Source of the DNA: an uncultured Acidobacteriota bacterium
Lineage (GTDB): Bacteria; Acidobacteriota; JAQAZP01
DNA: 64,000 bases
NCBI GenBank assembly: GCA_963836075.1
Contig: CAWIIB010000009.1
Location: forward strand, 32,001 to 96,000
Direction: 5' to 3'
Within the stretch, counting starts at the first letter, position 1. Every line of letters starts with the position of its first letter. The translations under genes were made by a program, and so were the position numbers. Under the pieces are notes generated by a model, which was given only the letters and a program-made list of their open reading frames with translations, was not told the origin of the DNA and did no database searches. Shown piece after piece: positions 10,722-21,452 of this stretch.

Positions 10722-11954
10722 ATGCTCGAAGCCTACACAGACATCGTCGGCAGGGACGTCATCGAACACCTGCGCCAGCTGGTGGCCCCGCTGCGGGGCA
10801 TGAAGGTGGTCCACGTCAACTCCACCCGCGAGGGCGGGGGCGTGGCCGAAATCCTGCACAAGCTGGTGCCCCTGCAGCAGGACCTGGGGATCGATTCCTC
10901 GTGGGAGGTGATCACCGGCAACCCCGATTTCTATCACTGCACCAAGAACTTCCACAACGGCCTGCAGGGTAACCGGGTGGAATTGCCGGACAGCTTGCTG
11001 GACAACTACCTGAAGACGAACGAAGAAAACTGCGAGCGGCTGCGCGGAACCCTGGCCGAGGCCGACCTGGTTTTCATCCACGACCCGCAACCGGCCGCCT
11101 TTCTCAAATACTGTCCCGAACGGAAGGGCAAGTGGATCTGGCGCTGTCACATCGACGCCAGCGCGCCCTACCGCCCGGTGTGGCGGTTTCTCCGCGACCT
11201 GGTCATGGACTACGACGCCAGCATTTTTTCGCTGGCCGCCTTTGCCAAACGGCTGCCGCACCCGATCTACCTCATCCCGCCCAGCATCGACCCGCTCACC
11301 GACAAGAACATGGACCTGGTTGATGCGGAGGTCAACCAGCTCTATCCCCGATTCGGCCTCGACCCTGAGCGGCCGATCATGACCCAGGTCTCCCGCTTCG
11401 ACCGCTTCAAGGACCCGCTGGGCGTTATCCAGGCCTACCGGCTGAGCAAGAAGTTCTACCCCACCCTGCAGCTGGTGCTGGCCGGCGGCGGGGCCAGCGA
11501 CGATCCGGAGGGGGCGGTGGTGCTGGACGAGGTGAACGAGGCCTGCCAGGGGGATGGGGACGCCCACGTTCTATTGCTCCCCCCCGACGCCCACCGGACG
11601 ATCAACGGCCTGCAGCGGCTCTCGGATATCATGCTGCAGAAGTCGATTCGCGAGGGCTTTGGTCTGACGGTGACCGAAGCGATGTGGAAGGGCAAGCCGG
11701 TGATCGGGGGCAACACCGGGGGGATCCGGCTGCAGGTGGTGAACCACCACACCGGCTTCCTGGTCAGCTCCCCGGAGGGCGCCGCCCTGCGGATCCGCTA
11801 CATGCTGGGCCACCGTGACCGGATGCGGGAAATGGGCCTCAAGGCCAAGGAGTTCGTGCGGGAAAATTTCCTGCTCACCCGGCTGCTCAGGGAGCACCTG
11901 ACGCTGATGGCGGCGCTGATCAACGGTGCCAAGGACCGCATCGAACTGAACTGA
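10722..11954 (+). CDS. treT: Trehalose synthase TreT (GT4 glycosyltransferase)
   Basis: HVNSTREGGGVAEIL, IHDPQP, WRCHID, QVSRFDRFKDP, EGFGLTVTEAMWK. Confidence 0.88.
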   Translation: MLEAYTDIVGRDVIEHLRQLVAPLRGMKVVHVNSTREGGGVAEILHKLVPLQQDLGIDSSWEVITGNPDFYHCTKNFHNGLQGNRVELPDSLLDNYLKTNEENCERLRGTLAEADLVFIHDPQPAAFLKYCPERKGKWIWRCHIDASAPYRPVWRFLRDLVMDYDASIFSLAAFAKRLPHPIYLIPPSIDPLTDKNMDLVDAEVNQLYPRFGLDPERPIMTQVSRFDRFKDPLGVIQAYRLSKKFYPTLQLVLAGGGASDDPEGAVVLDEVNEACQGDGDAHVLLLPPDAHRTINGLQRLSDIMLQKSIREGFGLTVTEAMWKGKPVIGGNTGGIRLQVVNHHTGFLVSSPEGAALRIRYMLGHRDRMREMGLKAKEFVRENFLLTRLLREHLTLMAALINGAKDRIELN

Positions 11955-11960
11955 CCGATC

Positions 11961-12761
11961 ATGGAGCTTCTGGACAACACCTTTGACACGGCCCGCTTCT
12001 GGGCCGAGGTGGCCGAGGCCGGGCAGTCGCTGCTGATGCTCGACTATGACGGCACCCTCTCGCCCTTCGTGGTCCAGCGCCACCAGGCGGTGCCCTACCC
12101 CGGAGTGCGAAAACTGCTGCGGCGGATCATCGCCGCGGGCCGCACCCGGGTGGTGGTGGTCACCGGCCGCAGCGCCGGCGACCTGGTCCCCCTGCTGGGC
12201 CTGGAACAACCGCCGGAGATCTGGGGCTCCCATGGAGGCGAGCGGTTGATGCCCGACGGCAGCTACCAGCTGAAGACGCTGGAGGAGTCGTATGTCACCG
12301 GCCTGCAGCAGGCGGACACGGTGATCGAGGGGACGACCCTGCCCCGGCACTTCGAGATCAAACCACTGGGCCGCGCGTTTCACTGGCGCGGCCTGTCGGA
12401 GAAGGATCGCCGCCGCGCGGAGCGGCTGGTGACCGAACCGTGGCGCCGGATCGCCGAAACCAGCGCCCTCGAGCTGCGGGGTTTTGACGGCGGCGTGGAA
12501 CTGCGTGTTCCCGGCGTGGACAAGGGCCAGGCCGTGGCCCAACTGCTGGAAGAGATGGGCCGGACCCCGGCCGCCTATCTCGGTGACGACCTCACCGACG
12601 AGGATGCGTTCGGGGCGCTGGGCGAGCGGGGCCTGTCGGTGCTGGTCCGTGAGACCTGCCGCTCCACCGCTGCCCGGCTGTGGCTCAAGCCGCCTGAGGA
12701 ACTGATCGGTTTTCTGCTGCGCTGGCTCGACGCCACGGAGCAAAGGGAGGGGGGACGATGA
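11961..12761 (+). CDS. otsB: Trehalose-6-phosphate phosphatase
   Basis: HAD motifs LDYDGTL, VTGR, DKG, GDDLTDEDAF. Confidence 0.92.
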   Translation: MELLDNTFDTARFWAEVAEAGQSLLMLDYDGTLSPFVVQRHQAVPYPGVRKLLRRIIAAGRTRVVVVTGRSAGDLVPLLGLEQPPEIWGSHGGERLMPDGSYQLKTLEESYVTGLQQADTVIEGTTLPRHFEIKPLGRAFHWRGLSEKDRRRAERLVTEPWRRIAETSALELRGFDGGVELRVPGVDKGQAVAQLLEEMGRTPAAYLGDDLTDEDAFGALGERGLSVLVRETCRSTAARLWLKPPEELIGFLLRWLDATEQREGGR

Positions 12762-14251
12762 GTGAATCCGTCACCGCGAACAACAGCCGGCTGATCATCG
12801 TTTCCAACCGCCTCCCGGTGGTGCTGACCAAGAGCGAGGATGGGTCCTGGCAGGCCGCCGCCGGGTCCGGGGGCCTGGTCACCGCCATGGCCCCGGTACT
12901 TCGCGACCGCGGCGGCAGCTGGATCGGCTGGACCGGCACGGCAGAGGAAGAACATGCCGACCTGGGTGAACTGCTGGGCCAGGCCACCAGCGAATCGGGG
13001 TACACCATGTCGCCGGTGCGCCTGACCCGTAAGGAGGTGCGGAATTTCTACCTCGGGTTTTCCAACGAAGCGCTCTGGCCGCTGTTCCACGACCTGTTCC
13101 AGCACTGTATTTTCGACGCTGCCTACTGGCAGACCTATCTCCAGGTAAACCGGAAATTCGCCGAGGTGATTACCCAAAAAAGCGGCGAGGATGACTTCAT
13201 CTGGGTCCACGACTACCACCTGATGGACGTGGCGCGGGTTCTGGATGACTGGGGAGTCCGGCGCCGCACCGGTTTCTTCCTCCACATCCCCTTCCCGCCG
13301 CTGGACGTCTTTCTCAAACTCCCCTGGCGGTCCGAGATCCTCAGCGCGTTGCTGGGATTCGACCTGCTGGGGTTCCAGACCATGCGCGACCGGCGAAACT
13401 TCCTCCAGTGTGTAAAGTCCCTGATCAAGGGGGTGGCGGTGCGCGGCAAGGGCCACGTGGTCACGGTGCACACCAAGGACCGTGAGATCCGGGTGGGCAC
13501 CTTTCCAATCAGCATCGATTTCAACGAATTCGCCCAGCAGGCCGACTCCGACGGTGTCGCCAAGGCCGCCTGGTACATCCACGAGAAACTGCCCGAAATC
13601 CAGATCATCCTCGGGGTGGACCGGCTGGACTACACCAAGGGCATACCGCTGCGGATGAAAGCTTTCCGCAACGCCCTGCTCCGCTATCCCGAGCTGCAGG
13701 AGAACGTGGTCCTGGTTCAGGTGACCGTGCCCAGCCGCAGCGAGATCGCCAAGTACCAGGAACTGAAATCGGAAATCGAACGGCTGGTGGGCGAGATCAA
13801 CGGAGAGTTCACCCGGTCAGGCTGGGTACCGATCCACTACATCTGCCGCAACCTCGGACGGGAGGAGCTGCTGGCCTATTACCGCGCTGCCGAGATCGCC
13901 CTGGTCACGCCGATGAAGGACGGAATGAACCTGGTGGCCAAGGAATACTGCGCGTCGAACGTCGATGCCAAGGGTGTGCTGATCCTCAGCGAATTTGCCG
14001 GCGCGGCGGCCGAGCTGCAAAAGGGATCGTTGCTGGTCAACCCCTACGATTTGGACAAGGTGGCCGACGCCATCCACCAGGCGTACCACATGGCAAAAGA
14101 GGAGAAGGAGGCCCGGATGCGCCGGATGCGTCAGCTGATCAAACGGCGAGACATCTTTGCCTGGGTCAACGCGTTCCTCAGTGCCGCCATTGACCGCGAC
14201 CTGAACTCCTACCCGGTCCTCGAAGACTACCGGCCGCAGTTCGAGTTGTAG
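12758..14251 (+). CDS. otsA: Trehalose-6-phosphate synthase
   Basis: [41 protein letters not shown]. Confidence 0.95.
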   Translation: MSESVTANNSRLIIVSNRLPVVLTKSEDGSWQAAAGSGGLVTAMAPVLRDRGGSWIGWTGTAEEEHADLGELLGQATSESGYTMSPVRLTRKEVRNFYLGFSNEALWPLFHDLFQHCIFDAAYWQTYLQVNRKFAEVITQKSGEDDFIWVHDYHLMDVARVLDDWGVRRRTGFFLHIPFPPLDVFLKLPWRSEILSALLGFDLLGFQTMRDRRNFLQCVKSLIKGVAVRGKGHVVTVHTKDREIRVGTFPISIDFNEFAQQADSDGVAKAAWYIHEKLPEIQIILGVDRLDYTKGIPLRMKAFRNALLRYPELQENVVLVQVTVPSRSEIAKYQELKSEIERLVGEINGEFTRSGWVPIHYICRNLGREELLAYYRAAEIALVTPMKDGMNLVAKEYCASNVDAKGVLILSEFAGAAAELQKGSLLVNPYDLDKVADAIHQAYHMAKEEKEARMRRMRQLIKRRDIFAWVNAFLSAAIDRDLNSYPVLEDYRPQFEL

Positions 14252-14254
14252 CAA

Positions 14255-14277
14255 CTGTCATCGCGAGCCCCCGACCC
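14255..14277 (+). repeat. Half copy of the palindromic repeat found at 28326
   Basis: CTGTCATCGCGAGCCCCCGACCC matches CTGTCATTGCGAGCCCCCGACCC at 28327 with one mismatch. Lies between convergent genes. Confidence 0.7.
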
Positions 14278-14281
14278 GCGG

Positions 14282-15046
14282 TTATTTGTTCCGTGATTCA
14301 ACCAGCCGGCAGATCTGCGCCGCCATATACCCCGCGCCGAACCCGTTGTCGATGTTGACCACGGTGAGCCCGCTGGCGCAGGAGTTGAGCATGCCCAGCA
14401 GGGCGGCCACCCCGCCGAAGGAGGTCCCGTAGCCGATGGAGGTGGGCACACCGATCACCGGCACGCTCACCAGCCCGGCCACCACGCTGGGCAGCGCCCC
14501 CTCCATGCCGGCCACGGCGATGATCACGTCGGCCCGGGCCAGCCGCCGTTCCTGGCTGAGCAGGCGGTGCAGGCCGGCCACACCCACGTCGTGGGCCCGC
14601 TCCACGTTTTCGACCATCAACTCGGCGGTGAGCGCCGCTTCCTCGGCCACCGGGATGTCCGAGGTGCCGGCGGTGAGCACCAGCACGGTGCCCGGCGCCC
14701 GGTGGAATTCCGGCTCCTCGATGATCATCGCCCGGGCGGCCTCGCTGTAAGTCGCCTCGGGGAAGGTGCCGGCCACCAGGTCGTATTTCTCGCGCCCCAC
14801 CCGGGTCACCAGCACCGGGCACTTTCTCTCGCGCAGCTTGGCTGCAATGGCCAGGATCTGCTCCGGTGTCTTCCCCTCGCCGAAGATCACTTCCGGGAAT
14901 CCCTGCCGCAGGTGGCGGTGATGGTCGAGCTTGGCAAAACCGAGATCCTCGAACGGCAACTGCCGCAACCGTTCCATACCCTCATCCACATCCAGTGTCC
15001 CGTCACGCAGGGAGACGAGCAGCGCCTCCAGATCCTTCAGGTTCAT
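14282..15046 (-). CDS. larB: Nickel-pincer cofactor biosynthesis protein LarB (PurE-like)
   Basis: AKLDHHR..RQGFPEVIFGEGKT, AGTSDIPVAEEA, PTSIGYG, MLNSCASG..VVNIDNGFGAG. Confidence 0.92.
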   Translation of the reverse strand: MNLKDLEALLVSLRDGTLDVDEGMERLRQLPFEDLGFAKLDHHRHLRQGFPEVIFGEGKTPEQILAIAAKLRERKCPVLVTRVGREKYDLVAGTFPEATYSEAARAMIIEEPEFHRAPGTVLVLTAGTSDIPVAEEAALTAELMVENVERAHDVGVAGLHRLLSQERRLARADVIIAVAGMEGALPSVVAGLVSVPVIGVPTSIGYGTSFGGVAALLGMLNSCASGLTVVNIDNGFGAGYMAAQICRLVESRNK

Positions 15047-15205
15047 CGACCGTATCTCCTTCTCCCCGCCGCACCCGCCGGCGGCCACCGCTCAATTGAC
15101 ACCCCCCGGGCCCTCATAATAACATGGCCGCCGTTCCTCTATCCGGTCTGCTTACGGTAACCCGGCCGGCGGGGGCCGTTCTTTTTTTCTCAAGGGAAGG
15201 GATCC

Positions 15206-15949
15206 ATGGGCAGCAAACAGGTCCACCGCGGCAGTATCGAATCGGTCCCGCCATCCACGCTGATCGCCGACATTTTTGCCGGCCGGTTCACCGGCGTCCT
15301 CACCCTGGAACAGGGGAAGCGGAAGAAGTCCCTCTATCTCAAAAGTGGAACGCTGATTTTCGCCGAATCCACCGACGAGGAGGACCTGCTGGGACAGGTG
15401 CTCCTGCAAGGAAACCGGATCAGCGAGGAGAAAATCGTCGCGGCCCTCGAGATTCAGCAGAACCAGAAGGAACAGGGCGAACGCCTGCTGGGGAAGATCC
15501 TGGTCAGTGAGGGGTTCATCGAACCGCTGGACCTGGGCTGGGCGGTGAAAACCCAGGTGGAGGGTATCTTCTGTGACTGCTTCCACTGGAAGGGGGGCAG
15601 CTTCATTTTCGAGGAGCAGTACGACCCCGACTCCTGGGAGGTGATCACCCTCGACCTGCCGATGCCCGACCTGCTGCGCCTGGCCCTGGGCAAACTCCAG
15701 GATCCCGGTTCGCTGGCCGCCATGCTGGGTGATTTCAATCAGCGGATCGAGATATCGGCCCAGTGGGAAGAACTGGCGCAGCTGTTCAGGCTGGCCACCC
15801 GGGAGCTGGACCTGCTGAACCGGGCCCGGGATGGAGCCGACACCCTGGCCACGCTGCTCCTCTCCTCCCCATCCTCCGCAGCCGAAACCGCCCGCGCCGC
15901 CCTGCTGCTGAAGCAACTGGGCGTCCTCTCTCTGGGTCCGGCCTCCTGA
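15206..15949 (+). CDS. DUF4388 (PATAN-like) domain protein
   Basis: GSIE..P..LI....TGVLTL...K.LYLKSG, LG.IL repeats, FHWKGGSF.F. Confidence 0.7.
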   Translation: MGSKQVHRGSIESVPPSTLIADIFAGRFTGVLTLEQGKRKKSLYLKSGTLIFAESTDEEDLLGQVLLQGNRISEEKIVAALEIQQNQKEQGERLLGKILVSEGFIEPLDLGWAVKTQVEGIFCDCFHWKGGSFIFEEQYDPDSWEVITLDLPMPDLLRLALGKLQDPGSLAAMLGDFNQRIEISAQWEELAQLFRLATRELDLLNRARDGADTLATLLLSSPSSAAETARAALLLKQLGVLSLGPAS

Positions 15950-16059
15950 ACCGTCAAATTCTGAATTGGTATGAAAATTATACTTTTTCCATACCATTCC
16001 TGTACCATTTCCGCACTGAGGCTTATTGATGGCTGGCGGCCCGGGGTGGCGGTCGGGAT

Positions 16060-17889
16060 TCAGGCAGGGTCCCGGAAGCGCTCCCGGATCGTCTCGATGA
16101 TCGCCGTGGTGGCCCGGCCCGCCACCAGGGGGATCACCACCACCCGGCCGCCGGCGGCTTCCACCTCTTCCCGGCCCACGATCTGCTCCGGCGTCCAGTC
16201 CCCGCCCTTGACCAGGACGTCGGGCCTGACCCGGCGGATCAGTTCCAGGGGCGTGTCCTCCTCGAAGGGGAGCACCCGGTCCACGCAGTCGAGGGCGGAG
16301 AGGATGGCCGCCCGTTCATCCAGGGGCAGGATGGGCCGTTTGTCGCCCTTGAGGCGCCGGACGGAATCGTCGCTGTTCAGCCCCACCACCAGGAGGTCCC
16401 CCTCGGCCCGGGCCCGCTCCAGAACCCTGATGTGGCCGCTGTGCAGCAGGTCGAAGCAGCCGTTGGTGAAGACCACCTTGCGGCCGTCGGCCCGGGCCTG
16501 GTCCAGGAACCCGGTGATGTCGCCCGGGGGTGTGGCCGGTCCGCCCTGGTCGCCGTCGTCGTCCACCGAGGTCACCGGGATGCCCGGGGAGAAGGACCAG
16601 TTGTGGGCCAGCCGGACAATGCCCACGTCCTTGAGCCGCGAGCGGACACGGAAGGAGTGGAGGCCGCGATGGTAGTCGAAGGCGTAACCGTCCTTGCGGT
16701 GCACGGCGAGGTCGAGGAAGTAGGTTCCCCCCACCAGGTCGAGGGAGGGGATCCGGAAGGCGAAGGTGTGCGGGCCTCGCTCCACCTCGCCCGGCCGCAG
16801 CCCCTCGATATCGGTGTTGGTGCCGTAGCAGCAGACACCGCCGGCGTCGAAGATTCCCACACCGAAGACGATCCCCTTTTCCCCGTCCAGCCGCACCTCG
16901 AAATCGGCCCTGATGGTCATGGACTGCCCCGGCTGGTAGACATACCGCTCGCTGCCCTCGCCGTCCAGCAGGGTCACCGCCGTGATCTCCATCTCCCTGG
17001 TGCCCCAGCGGCGGCGTTCGGGCTCGGCGGGCTCGGCGGCCTCGGCGCCCTCCTCGGCCGGCTCAGCAGTGCCGGCATCCTCGACTTCGGCCGGCGCATC
17101 GGCGTCCACCCGCCCCCCCCGGCCCACCAGCTCGGCGTCCTCCTTGCCGGCCACGTCCAGCAGGTAGGCGTCGATCACCCGCCGCGGGTCACCGGAGTCG
17201 CGCATCTTCCCCTCGTCGATCCAGATCGCCCGATCGCAGAGCCCTTCCACCATGTCCAGGGAGTGGGTGACCAGCACGATGGTCTTGCCCCGCCGCTGGA
17301 AGTTGCGGATCCGCTCGATGCACTTGTGGGAGAAGGCCTCGTCCCCCACGGCGAGGATCTCGTCGATGAGCAGGATCTCGGGGTCGACGTGCACGGCCAC
17401 CGAGAAGCCCAGCCGCATATACATCCCGGACGAATAGGTTTTCACCGGCGCGTCGATGAACTCTTCCAGGCCGGCGAAGGCGACGATCTCCTCGAAGCGC
17501 CCGGTTATCTCCTGTTTGCTCAGGCCGAGCATGATGCCGTTGATGAAGACGTTTTCACGCCCGCTGATCTCGGGGTGGAAGCCGGCGCCCAGCTCGATCA
17601 ATGCCGCGATCCGGCCGCTGGTGGTCACCGTGCCGCTGGTGGGGCGGCTGATCCCGGCAATCAGTTTGAGCAGCGTGCTCTTGCCCGAGCCGTTGGAACC
17701 GATGATGCCCACCGTATCGCCGGCGGGAACGCTGAAGCTGACCTCGTCCAGGGCCTGGATCACCTGGCTGCGCGAGGCGCCGATGGCCCGGTCGCGGCCG
17801 AGGAGCATGCTCTTCAGCGACTGGAACCGGCGCCGGTAGGCATAGCGGCGATAGGCCTTGGAGACACTGTCCAGCACAACTGGATCCAT
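16060..17889 (-). CDS. wzt: Wzt-type polysaccharide ABC ATPase with Wzt_C domain, fused to an RfaE/HldE-type adenylyltransferase domain
   Basis: [25 protein letters not shown], Wzt_C beta-sandwich. Continues in frame into [14 protein letters not shown]...[13 protein letters not shown]...LVKGGDW. Confidence 0.88.
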   Translation of the reverse strand: MDPVVLDSVSKAYRRYAYRRRFQSLKSMLLGRDRAIGASRSQVIQALDEVSFSVPAGDTVGIIGSNGSGKSTLLKLIAGISRPTSGTVTTSGRIAALIELGAGFHPEISGRENVFINGIMLGLSKQEITGRFEEIVAFAGLEEFIDAPVKTYSSGMYMRLGFSVAVHVDPEILLIDEILAVGDEAFSHKCIERIRNFQRRGKTIVLVTHSLDMVEGLCDRAIWIDEGKMRDSGDPRRVIDAYLLDVAGKEDAELVGRGGRVDADAPAEVEDAGTAEPAEEGAEAAEPAEPERRRWGTREMEITAVTLLDGEGSERYVYQPGQSMTIRADFEVRLDGEKGIVFGVGIFDAGGVCCYGTNTDIEGLRPGEVERGPHTFAFRIPSLDLVGGTYFLDLAVHRKDGYAFDYHRGLHSFRVRSRLKDVGIVRLAHNWSFSPGIPVTSVDDDGDQGGPATPPGDITGFLDQARADGRKVVFTNGCFDLLHSGHIRVLERARAEGDLLVVGLNSDDSVRRLKGDKRPILPLDERAAILSALDCVDRVLPFEEDTPLELIRRVRPDVLVKGGDWTPEQIVGREEVEAAGGRVVVIPLVAGRATTAIIETIRERFRDPA

Positions 17890-17891
17890 TG

Positions 17892-18686
17892 CTACACTTC
17901 CTCCACCAGCGTGTCGCGCAGCCGGTCGAAGACCCAGTAGCCCAGGGCGAAGACCAGCAGGGCCAGCAGGGCCATGGCCGCCAGCCGTTGAACGTGGATC
18001 TCGCCGGGGAAGAGGAACGCACCCTGGTAACCCATCATCAGGTGGGTCATGGGGTTGATCTCCAGCGCCACGCGGAGGAACGGCGGCAGGTCGGCCACAA
18101 AGGAGTACGGGTAAATCACCGGGGAAGCGAAGAACCAGAGGGTCAGCAGGTTGGCCAGGATGTCCTTCAGGTCGCGGAAGTGGACGCTCAGCGAAGAGAT
18201 GAGCAGGGCCAGCCCCATGGTGAAGAAGAACTGGATCAGCACCACCGGAAAGAACCAGAGGGTGTGCAGGCCGGGATAGACGCCGAAGAAGATCATGCAG
18301 GCCAGCAGCACCGGCAGGGCGAGGAGGAAGTGGACCAGGTTGGCCAGCACGGCGACCACCGGCAGCACTTCGGCAGGGAAGAGGATCTTCTTCAGCAGTC
18401 CGCCGCCGGAAATGATCACCGTGGACGACTCCATCAGTGACGAACTGAACCAGGTCCAGGGCAGGATGCCGCAGAAGAGGAACAGCGGGTAGTTGTCCAC
18501 CTGGCCGAACTTGGCCTTGATGATGTAGGTGAAGACCACGGTATAGACGAGGAGCAGGAGGAGTGGGTTGAGCAGCGACCAGAAGTAGCCGAGGAAGGAG
18601 CCGCGGTAGCGGGCCTTCAGCTCGCGGACCACCATGGTCTGGATCAGCGTCCGGTAACGTGTCAGCCGCTGCAGGTTGGCAAACAC
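17892..18686 (-). CDS. wzm: Wzm-type ABC-2 polysaccharide permease
   Basis: [32 protein letters not shown] start after GGAGG. Confidence 0.92.
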   Translation of the reverse strand: MFANLQRLTRYRTLIQTMVVRELKARYRGSFLGYFWSLLNPLLLLLVYTVVFTYIIKAKFGQVDNYPLFLFCGILPWTWFSSSLMESSTVIISGGGLLKKILFPAEVLPVVAVLANLVHFLLALPVLLACMIFFGVYPGLHTLWFFPVVLIQFFFTMGLALLISSLSVHFRDLKDILANLLTLWFFASPVIYPYSFVADLPPFLRVALEINPMTHLMMGYQGAFLFPGEIHVQRLAAMALLALLVFALGYWVFDRLRDTLVEEV

Positions 18687-18820
18687 CAGGCACGTCCTCC
18701 CGCCGGGCAATCCCGCGTGCCGGGGGGTGCACCCGGCTTCAATGCGAGAGGGCCGCCAAAGGCGGCCCTTCTCCATTCAATAAAAATCAGTGTTCCGGAT
18801 CCGGCACCCGGCAATGGTCG

Positions 18821-19978
18821 CTAATCGGCTTCCTCACCTTCCTGCAGCGCCTCGAATTCCTCGAACGGTATTTCCCGACCCTCGTGCACCACGAACATCT
18901 TGATGAACTTCCTCACATCGCCCTTCTCGTCAAAGGAGGTGAGACCGGAGACGCCCGGGTAGTCGCGGAGGTTGAGCAGGGTCATCTGAATCTTCTCCGG
19001 GTACGGCCCCTCCTTCTCGATGGCGTGGGCCAGGATCTTCAGCGCGTCGTAGGCGTGGGCGGCATAAATGTCGGGCTTCTTGCCGAATTTCGCCTGGTAG
19101 GCCTGGGAGAAGGAATGGATCGGCTCCTCTGCCGCATCGGGATCGAACTCGAGCATGGGGAAGATCACCCCTTCGGCCGCGGTTCCCGCCTTGGCCATCA
19201 GGGCGGCTGAGTTGAACGCCCCCACACTGAGCTTGACCACGTCCACCTCCTGGCGCTCGAGCTCCAGCAGGATCTCGGCCAGGTCGTTGTAGTAGCCGGC
19301 GATGTAGACAGCGTTGGCATCGGGGGCATCGAAGGCCTTGATCTCGGCCACCATCTCGCTGAAATCGGTCTGGTGCTCGGGGTAGACATACATCTTGAGG
19401 ATCTTGCCGCCCATGTCCTCGTAATTGTCCACAAAGACCTTCTTCAGACCGCGGCCATAGTCGTTCTGCATGGCCATCACCACCATGTTCCGCTTGATGC
19501 CCATGTTGTCGTAGGCAAACGCCGCCATCCTCGCCCCTTCCAGGACGTCGGAGGGGAAGTTGCGGTAGATGTAGTGGCCGAGGTCGGAAATCAGCGGGCT
19601 GGAGCTGGCCGGGCTGAGCAGCACCCGCTGGGACTGTTCGGCAATGGGCGCCATGGCCCGGGTCACCGAACTGGAAACCCCGCCGATCACCGCCAGCACC
19701 TTCTCTTCACCGAGCAGCGAGGTGATCGCGGTCTCACCCACCGAAGGGGTGGTCTGGCTGTCACGCACCAGCAGTATCAGCGCGTTGCCCCGGATCCCGC
19801 CGGCATTGTTGATCTCTTCCAGGGCCAGCTGCAATCCCTCGTTTACACTCTTCCCGTAGTCGGACGCTTCACCGGTGAGCGGAATGACCGCACCGATTTT
19901 CACCTCTTGTTGACAACCGGTCACAAAGATGAATGTCAGAAGAATTGTGATCAGCAAGGCGCCCTGTTTCGTTCGCAT
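18821..19978 (-). CDS. Branched-chain amino acid ABC-type substrate-binding lipoprotein (LivJ/K-like)
   Basis: Lipobox VTGC, KIGAVIPLTG, EINNAGGIRG, AYDA, GVSG..SFDEKGD. Confidence 0.88.
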   Translation of the reverse strand: MRTKQGALLITILLTFIFVTGCQQEVKIGAVIPLTGEASDYGKSVNEGLQLALEEINNAGGIRGNALILLVRDSQTTPSVGETAITSLLGEEKVLAVIGGVSSSVTRAMAPIAEQSQRVLLSPASSSPLISDLGHYIYRNFPSDVLEGARMAAFAYDNMGIKRNMVVMAMQNDYGRGLKKVFVDNYEDMGGKILKMYVYPEHQTDFSEMVAEIKAFDAPDANAVYIAGYYNDLAEILLELERQEVDVVKLSVGAFNSAALMAKAGTAAEGVIFPMLEFDPDAAEEPIHSFSQAYQAKFGKKPDIYAAHAYDALKILAHAIEKEGPYPEKIQMTLLNLRDYPGVSGLTSFDEKGDVRKFIKMFVVHEGREIPFEEFEALQEGEEAD

Positions 19979-20059
19979 GATGCCTCCCGGGTTAGCGGAT
20001 GTTCAAGGACGTATCAGGATAGTATGATCCTTAGAGTATACCGTTTAACAGTAGGGGTG

Positions 20060-20088
20060 AATCTAGCAGAGCGGTGGGGTGTTGTCAA
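20060..20088 (-). promoter_or_regulatory. sigma70-type promoter of the substrate-binding protein gene
   Basis: Minus strand TTGACA-17 bp-TAGATT with an extended -10 TG. Confidence 0.65.
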
Positions 20089-20196
20089 GAATCGCGTAAG
20101 AGGAATCCTGATCGTATCCTCCTCATTTCAGACATCTTGTCTTCCGGGGCAGGGGAGGACACAGAAAGGGATGATTTTTCCGCCGGGTTTGGCGTG

Positions 20197-20562
20197 TCAG
20201 GCGAGCAGCCCTTTGACGGTCGCGACGAATTCCTGCCGGTCGAACGGTTTGGCGAAGGTGTGGTTGGCGCCGAAGGTGCTGGCCAGCCTGAGATACTCGC
20301 CAGGCCCCATTTTTCCGGCCCCGGATATGGCGATGATCTTGACCTCCGGGTTTTTCTTCCTCAACTCCATGATGGTCTCGATCCCTTCCTTACCCGGCAT
20401 GATGATGTCGGTGACGATCAGGTCGATGTCGTTTTCATCATAGGCCTTGATCCCGCTTTCACCATCTTCGGCTTCGAACACGTCGAAGCCTTCCATCTCC
20501 AGCGTTTTCCGGGTCAGCGACCTGACATGTTCCTCGTCCTCGATAATCAGAATGCGTGGCAT
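20197..20562 (-). CDS. Single-domain response regulator (CheY-like)
   Basis: ILIIEDE, TDIIMP, AISG, AKPF. Confidence 0.93.
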   Translation of the reverse strand: MPRILIIEDEEHVRSLTRKTLEMEGFDVFEAEDGESGIKAYDENDIDLIVTDIIMPGKEGIETIMELRKKNPEVKIIAISGAGKMGPGEYLRLASTFGANHTFAKPFDRQEFVATVKGLLA

Positions 20563-20681
20563 GCGAAATCTCCCAGGGTGGACATTCTCTTCATTACACC
20601 ATCACCATTCTTATCGGCACTCCACAGGGAAAACATGTGGCAAAATTGGCCCCTGAAAAACCGCTCGGCTGTGGTGTGGAA

Positions 20682-21452
20682 TCACCCGCTCAGCGGGCCA
20701 GCGGCGTGCCGCCCTTGAGCAGGGCTTCGGCTTCGGCGGTGTAGAGGCCCGGCCGGCGAAAGAGTACCAGGGGTTCCATCTCGGGCAGTCACCTCCGGTC
20801 CTCCCTTCACCGCTTCGACGAGGATGAGATTCGCGTCCTCCCCCTCCCGCGGCAGGACCTGCCGGACCCGGGAGGGCTGCAGCCCCCGTTGCTCCATCAG
20901 CCGGCGCAGTTCGGGCCAGCGCCAGGGGCGGTGGACCAGGCCCATCCGGCCGCCCTGCCGCAGCAGTCGGGCGGCGGCGGCAAAAAGGCCGTCCGGGTCG
21001 AGCAGGATTTCCTGGCGGGCCACCGCGCGCTGCCGGTGGGAACTGGGACGGGTGGCGCCTACCTTGTTGAAGGGCGGGTTGCTGACCACCAGGTCGAAGC
21101 TGCCGGCCGCCTCCCCGGCGGCAAACTCGGCCACGTCCTGGTGACGCACCTCGACCCGCGATTCAAACCCGTTGATCTGGACGTTCTGCCGCGCCAGGCC
21201 GGCCAGTTCGGCCTGGACTTCCACCGCCACCAGACGGCGGAATGGGTAAAAGTGGGCCAGCAGGATCCCCACCACCCCGCAGCCGGCGCCCAGGTCGGCC
21301 GCCAGGTCGTCCGGGCGCACCTCCACGAACCCGGCCAGCAGCGGGGCGTCCACCGAGAAACGGTAGCCGTGCTTCGGCTGGTGAAAGCGGAGAAGCCCGC
21401 CAAGGAAGGGATCGACGGTCGTCAGGTCGTGTGGTTCAGGTTCCCGGCTCAT
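20682..21452 (-). CDS. tRNA1(Val) A37 N6-methyltransferase-like SAM methyltransferase (apparent frameshift near 20785)
   Basis: QPKHGYRFSVDA, DLGAGCG, VVSNPPF. The family-typical tail EPLVL..G.YT.E..LL lies in a shifted frame. Confidence 0.82.
   Translation of the reverse strand: MSREPEPHDLTTVDPFLGGLLRFHQPKHGYRFSVDAPLLAGFVEVRPDDLAADLGAGCGVVGILLAHFYPFRRLVAVEVQAELAGLARQNVQINGFESRVEVRHQDVAEFAAGEAAGSFDLVVSNPPFNKVGATRPSSHRQRAVARQEILLDPDGLFAAAARLLRQGGRMGLVHRPWRWPELRRLMEQRGLQPSRVRQVLPREGEDANLILVEAVKGGPEVTARDGTPGTLSPAGPLHRRSRSPAQGRHAAGPLSG

Noticed and set aside
15964-15998. AT-rich inverted repeat TGGTATGAAAA...TTTTCCATACCA
   Set aside because: It lies between convergent genes, so a weak terminator is the simplest explanation. 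No evidence for an operator role.
17890-18732. N-terminal 280 aa of the 890-aa ORF 16060-18732
   Set aside because: Out-of-frame overlap with wzm. The real Wzt start is the ATG at 17889.
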